This document shows, in pieces, positions 61,481-64,000 of a DNA stretch of 64,000 nt. Origin of the DNA: Octopus vulgaris (lineage: Eukaryota). The notes beneath the pieces were generated by a model. That model had not been told where the DNA came from. It was given only the letters and a program-made list of their open reading frames with translations, and searched no databases. The position numbers and the translations under genes were made by a program. Where the stretch lies: positions 86,614,001 through 86,678,000 of the forward strand of contig OX597825.1 of NCBI GenBank assembly GCA_951406725.2, written 5' to 3'. Position 1 is the first letter of the stretch. Every line of letters starts with the position of its first letter.

Positions 61481-63291
61481 AATGGTGAGTTGGCATAAAA
61501 AATCGAGAGGGGTGTGTTCTTTTGCAACACAGCATTTAGTTTCGTCCTTCTAACTGCTGTGTTCAAATGCCACCCAAGTTAATGTTGCTCTTTGTCACTC
61601 GGAGATCAACAAAACAAACATTAGTTATGGGATAAGGCCAATGCAAGATGTCAATTAATTTGTGTTGTTTCTAATAAATTCTTGTTCGTTATGGCTGTTA
61701 ATTCCATCTTAATAATGTTTTGTCTTCTTTGAGTGGAATTAATGAAAGATTGCAGTCCTTATTCACTGCCGAAACAGAAAAAAAGTAGTTTTTATATCAA
61801 CACATCTTAATCATTAATATAATGATTATTTTGTTTTTCCAAAACTAACGATGGGTCCTTTTGTCGTGGAGCAGAATTCCTGCTTTCAGTTTAGTCATGG
61901 TTTGTTTATGGCAAATGGTATTGAATGTATAATTCATATTGGGTATTTTAATTAATTAGTGAGGTAAATTGAAACATGTATGCATTAGTGGATTCATTCA
62001 TGCATACACTTGCCTGTTAGCTATATATATATACATACATATATGTATATATATGCATATATATATATATATATATACATATATGTATATAGCTGCCTCT
62101 GTGTGATGATTTAACTTTAAAGTACAATTACTTCTACAATATCTGATCCGATGATGGATTTGACGTCTTGATCCAAAAGGTTGAAGAAAACAAACAAAAA
62201 GTTTAGAAACCAAACTGAGACATCTTGGAGGAGAGCCTGATATTTTTTATTCTGGATTCAGTGAGGCAAAAATGGACAGTTTTTTTTTTTTCCCCCTTTT
62301 TTTCTTTTGGTGGAACTGTCTGGAAAATACTCTTATTTATTTTATAATATTCTGTGTACAGTGTTTTGTTGTTCAACAAATGCCATCTCTTCTTTGATCC
62401 ACATTATATCCTTCTTGCTTTGTCGTTTTTGAAATCTGTTATTTAGCAGCCATGTTGGTCATCTATTTAACACTCATGTTCCAGAGGTGGCCACCACCAT
62501 CCCATCTCTCTTTTATTTATATATAATTATATATATATATTTTTTTTTAAACAATAAGTGACCAAACCTTTTTTGATTGGACCAAATAGTTTGATGTGTT
62601 TCGAGAAGTCAGAAATACCTTCAATTATACCAAATCTATATTTGCCCTCCCCCCCCCTCTCCTCATTCTTTTTTTTTTTTTTTTCTTTCATATAATCGAT
62701 CCAGCAGATGATATCTATGCATGTTCTGCTGGAGTCACAACAACAACAACAAACAATCTAAAAGAAGACATGAAAGGACAACAAGAATTGCTGCTAGATT
62801 TACCGTTCTCTGTAGAACCACCACCACCACCACCACCATTACTACTATTACATTATCCTAGCAGTGGATGCATGTCTACCCCCCCTCCACAAAAAAAGAA
62901 AAAAAAATCTAGCCTTTCATAATAATTTCTTATGATAAAAATGCTTTTTGTTTTCTTCCGAGAGAAGAGGAAAAAACCTCTGCAAGGAAAAAGACATTTC
63001 AAAAGAAGAGAATAAAACAGTTTAAACCATAAATGTTGAGTAAAATTACAAATGGGAAGGAAAAGGCTTAAAAATATGACAAAAACAACAACAAAAGACT
63101 TAAAAGACAAGCAGTTTTTTTCCATAAATAAAGAGAAAATTGATATTTATTCTTTGTTGTTCTTTTAGCTCTGTGCTCCTCCCTCCCTCCCTCCCTGTCT
63201 GTCTGTCTGTCCGTACGTATATACATACACACATACAATCTCGATCTCTCTTTTTCTCTCTCCATTCATTCATCCACATTGGCTCTTTTCT

Positions 63292-63424
63292 TCAGAAATC
63301 CAACCTTATCTCCAAGACAAACTGCTGTCTCTGGAACTGTCCAAGAACAGAGCAATCAATATACACAGTGCAGCTCCAAAAGGAAATAAGACCGAATTCT
63401 TCGAGTTCTCTCAACAGTTTGTAC
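63292..63424 (-). CDS. Probable terminal coding exon of a convergent unknown gene: YKLLRELEEFGLISFWSCTVYIDCSVLGQFQRQQFVLEIRLDF*
   Basis: Minus-strand acceptor atattacag|GTACAAA; complex non-repetitive sequence open for 43 codons to TGA, followed by UTR-like low-complexity DNA. Frame not proven: an alternative frame gives VQTVERTRRIRSYFLLELHCVY*. Confidence 0.5.
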
Positions 63425-63691
63425 CTGTAATATATTGATTGCTTTCTTACCAAGGGAAATCATGCAAGAACTCCTTATAAGACTGAAACATGCCTTCAGT
63501 TATCTCCTGTTTTTGCTGACATCAGTTGAAATTAATATTAATCATTGAGTTCCACATAGGTATTATTAATCACATTTTTGTTTTCCTTACGTTAATTAAG
63601 AAGGCATTAACTTCTGATTAACGACTGGTTTAATTTGTTGGCACAATGCTATGTTCATATATAGATTCACATATGTATTCATACCTGTATG

Positions 63692-63915
63692 CATGAGAGG
63701 GTGCTGAGAGGTTCTTGGCTTTAGGAGTATCAGGAAAGGGGCCTGGTCGGAGGCCCAACTTTCTGAGTTCTTTCACAGGGCCTAGAAAAACCGAAGGACC
63801 AGTGCAATAAGTGTGTGAATCTGAGAGTGGAGTATATTCAATGAAATCATAACGAACGGATCCTCCTGCATTTTCTTTTACCCAAAGCCAGGAACTTTTC
63901 AGCCCCCCCCTCGTG
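63692..63915 (+). mobile_element. Mariner-derived MITE
   Basis: Imperfect ~31-bp TIRs (CATGAGAGGGTGCTGAGAGGTTCTTGGCTTT / AAAGCCAGGAACTTTTCAGCCCCCCCCTCGTG); internal remnant AWSEAQLSEFF..GLEK...NKCVNLRVEYIQ* resembles a mariner transposase C-terminus. Confidence 0.8.
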
Positions 63916-64000
63916 TGTATGTATCAATCAATCAATCGCTCAATCAATCACTCAATCAATCAACATGTTTGCATATAAATACAAATCTGAACGAGTCTGC

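Noticed and set aside
556-63430. The many 60-150-aa ORFs rich in HT, YI, CV, ER or LLL runs
   Set aside because: They are translations of microsatellites and SINEs.
1-64000. CRISPR arrays, operons or other prokaryotic systems
   Set aside because: No regularly spaced repeat-spacer array; the sequence is intron-rich eukaryotic DNA.

Overview
AT-rich, microsatellite- and SINE-dense eukaryotic DNA; the repeat content looks like an octopod cephalopod (inference). Most of the window is the 3' part of one + strand gene for an ACK-family non-receptor tyrosine kinase most like Drosophila PR2/Ack-like. Thirteen GT-AG exons between 5825 and 57627 join in frame into 1452 aa: kinase C-lobe, divergent SH3, CRIB, a long Pro-rich region and a UBA-type C-terminus. 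The SAM domain and kinase N-lobe must lie upstream of the window. A probable last exon of a convergent unknown gene lies at 63292-63424 (-). Introns carry tRNA-derived SINEs, RTE LINE fragments, piggyBac-like MITEs and a mariner-derived MITE. The most striking unexplained structure is a set of small non-coding fold-back insertions that carry minimal type I hammerhead ribozyme motifs. One is a tRNA-headed (Pol III) SINE fused to a hammerhead, with two tandem ribozyme copies and a 17-bp TSD (7469-8098). A second is an unrelated, motif-intact sense-strand hammerhead in a fold-back element 2 kb downstream of the kinase stop (59531-59874). A third is a core-variant copy inside a (TA)n tract (54874-55051). 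These resemble Penelope-mobilised, retrozyme-like non-autonomous elements. All coordinates were read by eye; no alignment or folding was run.
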